64,000 bases of DNA. It comes from Eledone cirrhosa (Eukaryota). Of this stretch, positions 39,091-52,082 are shown in pieces. The stretch lies in the NCBI GenBank assembly GCA_964016885.1, contig OZ024741.1, forward strand, positions 189,286,001 through 189,350,000. Reading direction: 5' to 3'. The position numbers were made by a program, and so were the translations under genes. Each line of letters begins with the position of its first letter. The first letter of the stretch is position 1. The notes beneath the pieces were generated by a model, which had not been told where the DNA came from, made no database searches, and saw only the letters and a list, made by a program, of their open reading frames with translations.

Positions 39091-39876
39091 ATCATCATCA
39101 TCATCATCATCATCATCGTTTAACGTCTATCTTCCACGCTTGCATGGGTTTGGATGGGAGTTTTCCCCCTTGAGGCAAGATTGGTTGTCCTGCTCGTATA
39201 GGACTGTCTGGCGGGTTTTCTACGGCTGGATGCCCTTCCTAACACCAACCACGTTTACAGTGTGGACTGGGAGGGATTTACCGTATTACCTACACGGCCA
39301 CATTACAGCGTGGACTGTGTGTTTTTTTTGTCGTGACACCTACACGTCTGGCGGGTTTTCTACAGCTGGGTGCCCTTCCCAACACCAACCACGTTTACAG
39401 TGTGGACTGGGAGGTTTTTACCGTGTTACCTACATGGCCACATTACAGCGTGGACTGTGTGTTTTTTTTGTTGTGACACCTACACGACCTCATTTGTTTC
39501 GGACTGGATGTTGTGGTACCAACATAACTTCACATTTAAGGGGGTGGTGTGGATGGGGTGGGGGTAGTGGGACGGGGGTGTATTTTGTTAGAGGTGCCTA
39601 CTGACTAGGTTTCGCTTTGTACTTAGGCAAGGCGAGTCTTCTGTATAACTGTGTAGCGCCAAAGATCTCAGTCCAGTGACATTGTCTTGGAGAGGTGTAA
39701 GTGTGTGAGGTCAGAATTTATCAAGTCGTCCCAGGTTTTTCTGTGTCTGCCTACTCCGTGGCTACCGTCTATTTTTATCTCCCTGCACTTTTTTATACAG
39801 CTGTCGTCTTTCATGCGCATCACGTGACCGTACCAACGTAGTCTTCTCTCGAGTAAACAACATCTGATCCCTCTTA
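39091..39876 (-). mobile_element. RTE family B' 3' fragment with ~140-bp internal duplication
   Basis: gtctggcgggttttctac module at ~39206 and ~39346. Confidence 0.9.
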
Positions 39877-41302
39877 AGCTATAAAATATATTTAACCAAC
39901 AACCACGAAATTTAGCACATAAATTATGTAATATTCATTCATTATTTATTCAAAGTAATCGAATTTATTTTACAAACGGGGCAAAAAGATATATTCTGGA
40001 CGCAGTCTCACACTGCTTTCTTTTTTATAGTTAAGATGTTAAGACTCGATTTACTATCCTCTTCATTATGCTCTCCTTCTACTCTATTAACTGCCCCACA
40101 TTGTCTGTGTACTGAAAGACATATTTAATCTCTCCACTATCCCACCTTTCTAACACTCTAACTCTCTTCTATCATGAGACAAAAGATGCTTCATTGATAT
40201 CTACTCTCTCACTTATCATCTCCCATCTCTCTTTTTTACTAAACATCACTCACTTTCATCATCATCCATTTATTGATATCCCATCATCCTATTCATCTTG
40301 TCTTTTTTCAATCCCCTTACCAATAACCAACATGCAGCTATCACTGACTCTCTTTCATTACTTCATCCATTATCAGTTTCCTCCATCACACTCATACTCA
40401 TACACTCTCTTGGTTATTACCCTTTTTTCTGTTCACACTTTCAGTCACATATTCCTTGAAAGAATTTGTATATATGAACCCATAAGTCCTGATAGAGTTG
40501 TAGGGGTGCTGTTGTGACATACAGTGTGTCTTGGTCACTTTAAACTTGGTGAAGCCCATTGCTTCTCCAGGTTAGAACACAGCCAATTTATTCCAGAGAA
40601 GGAGAGAGAGTGAGAGAAAGGAAATGAGGAGGAGATATAGAGGAAGAATCAATCCTGGTACTTTTTGAATTGACCTCAAAGAGATGAAAGGCAAAGTTGA
40701 ACTGAAAAATTGCAAAGAGCTAGAACGAATACTGCATTCTATTCAATGTTCTAATGGCAATAAGGCAGAGAGACAAGGCAACCATGCTAGTGTTGGTACC
40801 CAGAAAAAATTCATCCTGTATACTTTGTAAATTGGTTGGTCATTGATTGGGATTTTTCAATCTTGTTAAGTGCATGATAATTTGTGTAGTACTAGTGATA
40901 TGACAAAACATGAGAATGCAAAGAACTCCCATTTTGTCCAACATTCTAACAATTCTGCTTCTGATGGTTAATGTAATTAAGAAAAAATATAGGAGATAAA
41001 AGCAAACAGTGACAGTAAAATTGATGAGTATTTCATTGCCTTACAGTAATGACTTCTATTTCTGCCATGGAATAAAACTGCCCATTATAGAGCAAGGAAA
41101 GATTTATTTCTAAAGCTTAATGCTATCAAAAACTGGAGATAAATACTGCCTCCTGTAAATCATTTTAATTCAGGAAAAGATTAGCTTATTTTTCAAGGGA
41201 TAAAATAAAATTACAAAAAAAAAGTCTTTTAACACTGGAATATTTTAATACAAACACATTGCTTTTTTGTGTTTCTCTGTTATTTATTTATTTATTTTGT
41301 AG

Positions 41303-41527
41303 ATTATACCAGCAATCACCAACTACGTGAGTGAAAAACTGGGCCAAAAGTTCATAGAACCTCCACCATTTGATTTAGCGAAGAGCTATTCTGATTCTAA
41401 CTCTTGTTCACCCCTGATATTTATTTTATCTCCTGGAGCAGACCCTACAATGAGTTTGCTTAAATTTGCTGAAGACAAAGGATTTGGGGGTAAAAGGTTT
41501 CAATCCATCTCCCTTGGACAAGGGCAG
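41303..41527 (+). CDS. DNAH12: Dynein heavy chain exon (IIPAITNY..EPPPFDL..PLIFILSPGADP..SISLGQGQ)
   Basis: ttttgtag acceptor, gtatga donor; 225 nt; AAA6 motifs. Confidence 0.95.
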
Positions 41528-41949
41528 GTATGATTCAAAATTTCCTTTTCAGTTTTTTTTAACAATTTCCTTTTCAATATATATGAGGATATCTGTATCA
41601 TTATCCTCATAATTTAACGTCTACTTTTCATGTGGACATGGGTTGGGCATCATTATGCCTTAAGTCTTATTCAGAGCTACTGCTCTCTGAGACAGGTTGG
41701 AGGACTGTGTCTCACCTGTACATTCCATTTTTGGCATGGGTTCTACAGCTGGATGCTTTTATTGATACCCTCATTTTCTCCACCCATGAAACTCTTTGCT
41801 GACATCAAGCACTGACACTTTCACTTACAATCACTCTTCTTTGTTGTTATTCACCACTCGCTCTCATCGACAATGACACATCTCGATCATAATCCTATTA
41901 TGCTGCTCATGCTGTCTTCTATTCAACTTCCTACCATGTAGTTACCGCT

Positions 41950-42270
41950 GCAGTCTCCTTCCTTAATAGCACATCTGTGGACTAGAAGTTGAAGCATGTT
42001 TTGAGTGAATTTCATCCAACCAGTTGAGTAGCCTTTCTTTGGATGCAATCTAGAATATCTGCATTTGTGGCAGCAGCACCATCCCAAATGTGGGAGCAAC
42101 ACTGTATTGTGGGTCTCACCTGATCCTTCTAGAGAGCTAGTAGTTATTGATGGCTAACATTTTTTCTCTCTCTGATAAAGAAAAGCACACTTTGAGATGC
42201 AGTATTTGCTATGTTGAGGATGTGCATTTGCCTAGAGATAGCATCAGAGATGGTGAAACCTCCATACTCA
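41950..42270 (-). mobile_element. Old CR1/L2/Jockey-group RT C-terminal fragment
   Basis: On -: QVRPTIQCCSHIWDGAA..LDCIQRKA. Confidence 0.55.
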
Positions 42271-42485
42271 AATGTATGCAACAGACCCAAAAGTGGGTTG
42301 TTTGCTATTCATGTTTAAGAATGTGTGTTCCATTTCTATTGAAACAGTTGATTGGCTTGTTTCATGCTTCCATATGGGTTTGGAAACTGATGGGGCACTG
42401 TTACTTTTTCATTGACCTTATTGTCAAACTACATAATTTCTGTTTATTTAATGACTGTTTCTGAATAATGTCATTCTTTCCTCAG

Positions 42486-42665
42486 GGTCCAATTGCTGCG
42501 AAGATGATTGATTTGGGTAAATTAGATGGCCACTGGGTACTATTGCAGAACTGCCATTTAGCTGTGTCTTGGATGAATGCCATGGAAAAAATCTGTGAGG
42601 AATTAAATCCTGAAAATACATCTGCAGATTTCCGACTCTGGTTGACAAGTTATCCATCACCAAAG
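42486..42665 (+). CDS. DNAH12: Dynein heavy chain exon ([34 protein letters not shown])
   Basis: cctcag acceptor, gtaaaa donor; 180 nt. Confidence 0.95.
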
Positions 42666-43100
42666 GTAAAAGAAACAGTTGTGATCTTTCTAGTGTAGTG
42701 TAGTAGTTAGAGTACTGGGATCATGATTGTAAGGGTGTGAGTTCAATTCCTGGACCTGTGGAATGCTCAACCAATTACTCATTAATTTCATGAGCAGGCA
42801 GTTTCATTGATTTAATCAACTAGAGAACTTGTTATCAGAAATGACAAACATCCAACAACAACACCCACTAATGGTACTCACAATAAAACAGAAATATAGA
42901 GAGAATGCTTTAGTTCTTTTTCTTTTTGTATATTGAGGACATAACAACATTTATAGAGCAAGTGCTACTATACAACACACCTAGTACACATTCTAAACTA
43001 GTTTGGGGATAGCTGTAAAAACAAATGTTGTCTGTTGCTCTAATAATTTTGCCAATCCACCGACCTAATAATAATATTGTATTGTTTTTATCTGTGATAG

Positions 43101-43241
43101 TTTCCAGTAACAGTGTTACAGAATGGAGTAAAGATGACCAATGAACCTCCTACAGGACTCCGACAAAATCTACTTCAATCTTATCTCACAGATCCAATCA
43201 GTGATGCAACATTCTTCAATGGTGTCAAAGGCAAAGAATTA
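43101..43241 (+). CDS. DNAH12: Dynein heavy chain exon ([32 protein letters not shown])
   Basis: gatag acceptor, gtaagt donor; 141 nt; not in the ORF track. Confidence 0.95.
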
Positions 43242-43314
43242 GTAAGTTTCAAATGTCTGCAGCATTTTCTTATTTATTAAATAGATGTTAAATAGTGGTG
43301 ATAATGATAACAGT

Positions 43315-45783
43315 GGTGGTGATGGTAGTGGTGGCCATGCTGGTGATGGTAGTGGTGGCCATGCTGGTGGTGATGGTAGTGGTGGCCATGCTGGTGGTGA
43401 TGGTAGTGGTGGCCATGCTGGTGATGGTAGTGGTGGCCATGCTGGTGATGGTAGTGGTGGCCATGCTGCTGGTGATGGTAGTGGTGGCCATGTTGGTGGT
43501 GGTAGAGGTGGCCATGCTGGTGGTGGTAGTGGTGGCCATGCTGGTGGTGGTAGTGGTGGCCATGCTGGTGATGGTAGTGGTGGCCATGCTGGTGATGGTA
43601 GTGGTGGCCATGCTGGTGGTGATGGTAGTGGTGGCCATGTTGGTGGTGGTAGAGGTGGCCATGCTGGTGGTGGTAGTGGTGGCCATGCTGGTGGTGGTAG
43701 TGGTGGCCATGCTGGTGATGGTAGTGGTGGCCATGCTGGTGGTGGTAGTGGTGGCCATGCTGGTGGTGGTAGTGGTGGCCATGCTGGTGGTGATGGTAGT
43801 GGTGGCCATGCTGGTGGTGATGGTAGTGGTGGCCATGCTGGTGGTGGTGGTAGTGGTGGCCATGCTGGTGGTGGTGGTAGTGGTGGCCATGCTGGTGGTG
43901 GTGGTAGTGGTGGCCATGCTGGTGATGGTAGTGGTGGCCATGCTGGTGATGGTAGTGGTGGCCATGCTGGTGGTGGTAGTGGTGGCCATGCTGGTGATGG
44001 TAGTGGTGGCCATGCTGGTGGTGGTAGTGGTGGCCATGCTGGTGGTGGTAGTGGTGGCCATGCTGGTGATGGTAGTGGTGGCCATGCTGGTGATGGTAGT
44101 GGTGGCCATGCTGGTGGTGATGGTAGTGGTGGCCATGCTGGTGGTGGTAGTGGTGGCCATGCTGGTGGTGGTAGTGGTGGCCATGCTGGTGGTGATGGTA
44201 GTGGTGGCCATGCTGGTGGTGATGGTAGTGGTGGCCATGCTGGTGGTGGTGGTAGTGGTGGCCATGCTGGTGGTGGTGGTAGTGGTGGCCATGCTGGTGG
44301 TGGTGGTAGTGGTGGCCATGCTGGTGATGGTAGTGGTGGCCATGCTGGTGATGGTAGTGGTGGCCATGCTGGTGGTGATGGTAGTGGTGGCCATGCTGGT
44401 GGTGATGGTAGTGGTGGCCATGCTGCTGGTGATGGTAGTGGTGGCCATGCTGGTGGTGGTAGTGGTGGCCATGCTGGTGGTGGTAGTGGTGGTCATGCTG
44501 GTGATGGTAGTGGTGGCCATGCTGGTGGTGGTGGTAGTGGTGGCCATGCTGGTGGTGATGGTAGTGGTGGCCATGCTGGTGGTGATGGTAGTGGTGGCCA
44601 TGCTGCTGGTGATGGTAGTGGTGGCCATGCTGGTGGTGGTAGTGGTGGCCATGCTGGTGGTGGTAGTGGTGGTCATGCTGGTGATGGTAGTGGTGGCCAT
44701 GCTGGTGGTGATGGTAGTGGTGGCCATGCTGGTGGTGGTAGTGGTGGCCATGCTGGTGGTGGTAGTGGTGGCCATGCTGGTGGTGATGGTAGTGGTGGCC
44801 ATGCTGGTGATGGTAGTGGTGGCCATGCTGGTGGTGATGGTAGTGGTGGCCATGCTGGTGGTGGTAGTGGTGGCCATGCTGGTGGTGATGGTAGTGGTGG
44901 CCATGCTGGTGATGGTAGTGGTGGCCATGCTGGTGGTGATGGTAGTGGTGGCCATGCTGGTGGTGGTAGTGGTGGTCATGCTGGTGATGGTAGTGGTGGC
45001 CATGCTGGTGATGGTAGTGGTGGCCATGCTGGTGGTGGTAGTGGTGGTCATGCTGGTGATGGTAGTGGTGGCCATGCTGGTGGTGATGGTAGTGGTGGCC
45101 ATGCTGGTGGTGGTAGTGGTGGCCATGCTGGTGGTGATGGTAGTGGTGGCCATGCTGGTGATGGTAGTGGTGGCCATGCTGGTGATGGTAGTGGTGGCCA
45201 TGCTGGTGATGGTAGTGGTGGCCATGCTGGTGGTGATGGTAGTGGTGGCCATGCTGGTGGTGGTAGTGGTGGCCATGCTGGTGGTGGTGGTAGTGGTGGC
45301 CATGCTGGTGATGGTAGTGGTGGCCATGCTGGTGATGGTAGTGGTGGCCATGCTGGTGGTGATGGTAGTGGTGGCCATGCTGGTGATGGTAGTGGTGGCC
45401 ATGCTGGTGATGGTAGTGGTGGCCATGCTGGTGATGGTAGTGGTGGCCATGTTGGTGATGGTAGTGGTGGCCATGCTGGTGGTGGTAGTGGTGGCCATGC
45501 TGGTGATGGTAGTGGTGGCCATGCTGGTGATGGTAGTGGTGGCCATGCTGGTGATGGTAGTGGTGGCCATGCTGGTGGTGATGGTAGTGGTGGCCATGCT
45601 GGTGGTGATGGTAGTGGTGGCCATGCTGGTGATGGTAGTGGTGGCCATGCTGGTGATGGTAGTAGTGGTGGCCATGCTGGTGATGGTAGTGGTGGTCATG
45701 CTGGTGGTGATGGTAGTGGTGGCCATGCTGGTGATGGTAGTGGTGGCCATGGTGGTGGTGGTAGTGGTGGCCATGCTGGTGGT
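43315..45783. repeat. Intronic minisatellite, ~100 units of 24/27 bp (catgctggt[ggt]gatggtagtggtggc)
   Basis: Seen directly; unit lengths vary only in whole triplets. Confidence 0.97.
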
Positions 45784-46210
45784 GAAAATGACAGCCACAG
45801 CCGCTACCATACTGCTCTTCGCCACCACTGCAACTGTTGTGGTGTAGAGGGGTATGTTATGGTGGAGGTGGATATGTTATGGTGGAACAATGTATGTCAG
45901 TCTCCAGTAGGCAGACAATGATGTTATGAACAAAAGTCAGCTGGGAGTTTCTGTCAAAGTCGATTACATATTTCACAGAAGGATAAAATGAATGAATAAA
46001 TGCATGAATGAATGAATGATGAGAATAGAATTAAGAATGTATGGATGGTGTCTTTGTTATTTTTTTATAGTTCAGTTTAGTTTAGATTTTAGTTGTTGTT
46101 GTTGTTGTTGTAATACAGTTACAAATATTGATGTGAAAGTGAGTGCATAGTGTGTCATCATTTGTAAATGATATATATATATATGTATATATGTATATAT
46201 GTATATATAT

Positions 46211-46557
46211 GGAGGCACATGGCTTAGTGGTTAGAGCATTGGCCTTGCAATCGAAAGGTTGTGAGTTCAATTCTCAGACCGGGTGATGTGTTGTTTCCTT
46301 GAGCAAGACACTTTATTTCACATTGCTCCAGTTTACTCAGCTGTAGAAATGAGATGATAGGGACTGGGGTCTCTATCATTCCACTGCAAAGTGGTCGTGG
46401 AGGTGCCACGGCAAAAAAGCACCCAGCACTCACTGTAAATGAGGTTGGTGTTAGGAAGGGCATCCAGCTGTAGAAATCAAGCCAGAATCAGTTCCCGTCC
46501 CACCCTTGCAAGCAGGGAAAAGCGGACGTAAAATGAAATGATGATGATGATGATGAT
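46211..46557 (+). mobile_element. Full-length SINE family 1
   Basis: tRNA-like head tggcttagtgg / gagttcaattc, central domain, RTE family C tail, (GAT)n. Confidence 0.92.
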
Positions 46558-46635
46558 GTGTGTGTGTGTGAATGAAGTAATTCCGTCGGAAAGGTACAGG
46601 AAAAAAGAGTGCTCTATGTAGGTTACAGACCTTAT

Positions 46636-46863
46636 TAGTTATGTAATAAACAACATAAGATAATTATTTCATTTACCAGTGGTTTCTTGAAAGCAAATAT
46701 ATCTGTTTTCAGTCTTCAGAATGAATAAAACATGGTGTTTTTATTAAATATGGATTTTCAAATCAAACACCATGTTTTATTCATTCTGACGACTGAAAAC
46801 AGATATATCTGCTTTCAAGAAACCACTGGTAAATGAAATAATTATCTTATGTTGTTTATTACA

Positions 46864-46869
<6 letters not shown>
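46636..46869. repeat. Inverted repeat, 105-bp arms, 24-nt spacer, abutting (TA)n
   Basis: 46636-46740 vs 46765-46869. Confidence 0.95.
46780..46837 (+). ncRNA. Type I hammerhead ribozyme motif (mirror copy on - strand in the left arm)
   Basis: ttcatt-CTGACGA-c-tgaaa..tttca-a-GAAA-ccactgg-TA-aatgaa; the left-arm copy has CTGAAGA. Confidence 0.85.
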
Positions 46870-46928
<59 letters not shown>

Positions 46929-47392
46929 GACCTCAACTAAAGTGAGTTACATTCCTTTTTAAACTTCACTCCACCATCTACATTCCACTATCAATATAAC
47001 AATTCCTTTTTCTTCATAGGTTCTTTATAGTAATTCTATTTTTAACACCATTTAACTATTACTTTCAAAGGGTCATGACCTCAACTAAAGTGAGTTATAT
47101 TTCATGTTAACATCATATGGCAAAAAACCATTTGATTGGTTTGTTCTTCAGCTACCTCCGCATAAGGTCATAGAACTCAATTTACTATTGATTTTGAATA
47201 AAATTTTCATTGCTTTTGACAACAGCTGATGACATACATGTAGGTAAATATATTCCTTATTTGATATTTTGTAACTAACCCTACATAGATTGATAACGAA
47301 ATATGTGTACAATGTATTATTATCACCTAGAAACGGTCGTAAAGCAGTGAAATATATTTCTAATGACTTCAATTTTTATTTCATTGTTTCAA

Positions 47393-47458
<66 letters not shown>

Positions 47459-47487
47459 TATTATTTATGTATATAAATATATATATA

Positions 47488-47842
47488 CAGTGTACCCCTG
47501 GCATTTACGGTCCCAACGTTTGCGGTCCCAGTTTTCCTTAGAACCTAACTAATAATTGTATGTGAAAACCACCACATATTCACAGATATTCCGCAGATAA
47601 CTTCCGCGATTTTTTAATGTTGTTTTTTTGTGGCAATATATATTATTTAACACTAAATTTATAGTAACAATATACCATATTTGCCAGCCCATTGGATACC
47701 CCTTCGCATAGACGCTCCTTCTTTATTTTATTATATTTTTACATTTATAGACATTTTTATGGACCATGTCCAATATTCGCAGTTTTTCTCTCTTCCTGGT
47801 TGCTCTAGGAATGTAATCCCCATGAATACCTGGGAACAACTG
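47488..47842. mobile_element. Tigger/pogo-like MITE, degenerate
   Basis: TA|cagtgtacccctggcattt ... gaatacctgggaacaactg|TA imperfect TIRs. Confidence 0.55.
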
Positions 47843-47856
47843 TATAAATATATATA

Positions 47857-48220
47857 TCATCATCATTTTACGTCCGCTTTTCCCTGCTTGCAAGGGTGGG
47901 ACGGGAACTGATTCTGGCTTGATTTCTACAGCTGGATGGCCTTCCTAAAACCAACCTCATTTACAGTGAGTGCTGAGCGCTTTTTTCTTTCCGTGGCGCC
48001 TACACGACCACTTTACAGTGTGGGCTGGGTGCTTTTTTGCTGTGGCACCTCCACGACCACCTTGCAGTCCCTATCATCTCATTTCTACAGCTGAGTAAAC
48101 TGGAGCAATGTGAAATAAAGTGTCTTGCTCAAGGAAACAACACATTACCCGGTCTGAGAATTGAGCTCACAACCTTTCGATTGCAAGACCAATGCTCTAA
48201 CCACTAAGCCATGTGCCTCC
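47857..48220 (-). mobile_element. Full-length SINE family 1
   Basis: Homologous to 46211, with an extra ~40-bp subrepeat. Confidence 0.92.
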
Positions 48221-48750
48221 AATATTTATTTGGTTCTTTTACCGGTTTTGCAGTTCTCCTGCTTTTCAAAAGTAGAGTTGAGATGGAGGGTCTGTGGTTT
48301 TTCTCACATCTGGTTGGTCTCTAAATGTTTTATATGGAAAAAGTGGCTTGAAATGCCAGGTTTTTAGAGAAGTAATTTGATTGGTTGGTCAATAATTATA
48401 ATAAATTTTGCGCCAGTTCACGTTACAAAGTTCTTCAAACAAGGGGGGGGGGGGGGTCACAGGTTGTTTTTTCATATATGAGTGTTTGAATTTCTTTTTA
48501 CTTAAAAAAGAGGGGGCTCACGAAGGCTTTTTTTTAATAAACGTAATTTTATTGGTTATTAATGAAATTATGGCTGTCACGTGAACAAGTTTTCATTAAA
48601 TTTCCGCGCCCTTATTTGGAAATCCATTCTGTAGCCTTTTTAGAGAATTTTATGATAAGTAAAAGATAATGGTCAAGAGAAATGGGATGGGAGAATTGTT
48701 CTGGTTCATTGAATATGGTTAGTTCGCTGGGGTGTCAGAATTCAGATTAC

Positions 48751-48911
48751 CGGAGGTGGTAAGAGCAGACCTCAGATCACTGAAACTCGCCGAGGAGATG
48801 ATGAAGCACCGTGACAAGAGGAGAGTTGCCGTGCTGAATAGGGCCCATCCAACCCTTGCAAGCAGGGAAAAGCAGACGTAAAATGATGTCAACGATGATG
48901 ATGATGATGAT
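48751..48911 (+). mobile_element. RTE family C short 3' fragment
   Basis: EVVRADLRSLKL.. plus tail. Confidence 0.8.
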
Positions 48912-49566
48912 ATATGTGTGTATGTGAGATTGAGTGAGAGAAAAATGTGTGTTTTGTACACTCATGCATACAACCACATATGCATGTATATATGATATGT
49001 GTATGATAAAGATATATATATATTTTTACTAATTTCAGCAAGTACTATGTCCAGTACACTCTCTACTAAAATGATTGGTGTTAGTAAAGGCTTTTAGCCA
49101 TAGAAATTTAATTTAAAGCCAATTTAATTTTGGATATATATATGGCCCCTTGATTGTAGAGCTAATTCAGTTGAATGAACTCAGCTGCCATTTCTAGCTG
49201 TCGATAATCCTATTCAAGCCACTGGGATGACATGGTGCGGTGTCTGTAGTTTTTATAAAATGCAACACGTGGTTCGAGTCATTTACAGATTTGTATTTGA
49301 TGTGTAAACACAGATGGTTGGATCTTCTCTTTTGGTGACCATCCAGGATTTGTCTGCTGTGATTTACTGGTTAATTGGTGAAATATATTTTTTATTTAAA
49401 GAAATATATACAAAGGAGATTAATCATTTTAAAAGGTATCTATATTTGAAGTTATAGTTTAATTAGTTACCTACCTAGCTATGTGTGTTTACACACTTTA
49501 CAAATTATTCCCTGAGATTGTTTCATGTGTTTATTTTATATATATATGTGTATATATATATATATA

Positions 49567-50164
49567 TCATCATCATCATCATCATCATCAACGTTTAACG
49601 TCCGTGTTCCACGCTTGCATGGGTTTGGACGGGGGTAGTCCCACTTGAGGCAAGAGTGATTGTCTTGCTCGCATAGGACTGTCTGACAGGTTTTCTACAG
49701 TTGGATGCCCTTCCTAACACCAACCACATTTACAGTGTGGGTCTGGGAGGTTTTTACCGTGTTGCCTACACGGCCACATTACAGCGTGGACTGTGTGTTT
49801 TTTTTGTTGTGACACCTACACGATCTCATTTGTTTCGGCCTGGATGGCGCGGCACCAACATAACTTTACATAGAACGGGGTGGTGTGGATGGGGTGGGGG
49901 TGGTCGTGGTGGGACGGGGGTGTATTTTGTTAGAGATGCCTACTGGCTGGAGTAGGTTTTACTATATATTTAGGTAAGGCGGGTCTTCTCTGTTACTGAG
50001 TACCGCCAAAGGTCTCGGTCCAGTGACATTGTCTTGGAGAGGTGTAAGTGTGTGATGTCGGAGTTTATCAGCTCGTCCCAGGTTTTTCTAGGTCTGCCTA
50101 TTCCGTGACTACCGTCTATCTTTATTGCCCTGCACTTTGTTATACAGCTATCGACTTTCATGCG

Positions 50165-50168
<4 letters not shown>
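49567..50168 (-). mobile_element. RTE family B 3' fragment
   Basis: Near-identical to 50332-50927; (TA)n on both sides. Confidence 0.93.
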
Positions 50169-50204
<36 letters not shown>

Positions 50205-50331
50205 CTTTGTTCTTTTTCACTAATATTTCTACTCTGCTTATACGCATAGAGCTTAACTAGCTACCATCACATATTTGGTAGGTCAGACGTGATCATCGCG
50301 ATTCACATACGACCTACCATATATCTTGCTT

Positions 50332-52082
50332 ATCATCATCATCATCATCAACGTTTAACGTCCGTGTTCCACGCTTGCATGGGTTTGGACGGGGGTAGTC
50401 CCACTTGAGGCAAGAGTGATTGTCTTGCTCGCATAGGACTGTCTGGCAGGTTTTCTACAGTTGGATGCCCTTCCTAACACCAACCACATTTACAGTGTGG
50501 GTCTGGGAGGTTTTTACCGTGTTGCCTACACGGCCACATTACAGCGTGGACTGTGTGTTTTTTTGTCGTGACACCTACACGATCTCATTTGTTTCGGCCT
50601 CGATGGCGCGGCACCAACATAACTTTACATAGAACGGGGTGGTGTGGTTCGGGTGGGGGTGGGGGTGGTGGGACGGGGTGTATTTTGTTAGAGATGCCTA
50701 CTGGCTGGAGTAGGTTTTACTATATATTTAGGTAAGGCGGGTCTTCTCTGTTACTGAGTACCGCCAAAGGTCTCGGTCCAGTGACATTGTCTTGGAGAGG
50801 TGTAAGTGTGTGATGTCGGAGTTTATCAGCTCGTCCCAGGTTTTTCTAGGTCTGCCTATTCCGTGACTACCGTCTATCTTTATTGCCCTGCACTTTGTTA
50901 TACAGCTATCGACTTTCATGCGCATCACGTGTCCATACCAACGTAGCCTTCTCTCGAGTAAACAACATCTGATCCCTCTTATCTCTAATTTATTCCTTAG
51001 TTCGTTTATGCTTTGCCGTTCACGTATATTACTGTTACACATCCAGCGGAGCATGCAAGCTTCGTTCCTCTCTAGTCTGCGTATATCCTCTGCACACAAT
51101 GCCCAGGTCTCACTGCCATGCAGCATTGCTGTTCGTATGCAGGCATCGTACAACCTGCCTTTCATTTTTAGTGAGAACCCTTTAGCAGCTAATAGTGGTA
51201 TAAGCTCTCTGAACTTTTTCCAACCAGTTCTGACTCTAGCTACAGTACTTTCAGAGCACCCTCCCCCACTGCTGATTTTATCGCCCAGGTAACGGAAGCT
51301 GTCCACTATTTCTATAGAACCCTCTGCGCAATTGAAAGAGCTAGTAGTTTGTGGGCACTTGCTGCTACTTATTGCACCAGAGCACCGGCCACATGTAAAA
51401 TCTATGTTCTTAGTTAGCTTACCTGTGATCCCACTACATCTTTTATGCACCCATACTTTGCATTTAGGACATAAAATGGAGTTTCTACCTACGCCTTTCC
51501 TACACACCGAGCACGACCATTTCCCAGAAGGGACCGCCGCCTTGTTTTCTTTCCTACAAACTAGTACTTTGGTCTTAGCCAGGTTAATTTTAAGTCCTTT
51601 TGACTCTAGGCCGTGCTTCCATGTTTGGAATTTCTTCTCTAGCTCGGCCATTGATTCCGCTATGAGTGTCAGGTCGTCTGCGTATAGGAGTTCCCATGGG
51701 CAGCCTGTCTTGAACTCCTCTGTTATAGCCTGAAGGGCAATAATAAATAGTAGTGGACTGAGAACAGAGCCCTGATGGACGCCGACTTTTACGCTAAACT
51801 CTTCACTATATTCGTTGTTAATTCTAACCTTGCTGACTGTTTCTTTATACATGGCTTGTATAGCCCTCACAAGCCATTCGTCAACGCCTAGTTTTCTAAG
51901 AGCCCACCAGATAATGGAGCGGGGGACTCTGTCGAAGGCTTTCTCCAAGTCGACAAAAGCTAAGTAGAGGGGTTTACCTTTAGCTAGGTACTTCTCCTGT
52001 AGTTGTCGTACTATGAAAAGAGCGTCTGTGGTACTTTTGCCTGACACAAACCCGAACTGCATTTCATCTAGGTCAATTCTCT

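Noticed and set aside
43315-45783. CRISPR-like array
   Set aside because: Contiguous tandem units with no unique spacers; eukaryotic context
43288-45847. 846-aa Thr-rich (mucin-like) and 850-aa Val-rich ORFs
   Set aside because: Alternative frames of a stop-free triplet minisatellite
46211-46285. tRNA gene
   Set aside because: The cloverleaf is imperfect and continues into a SINE body; multiple copies
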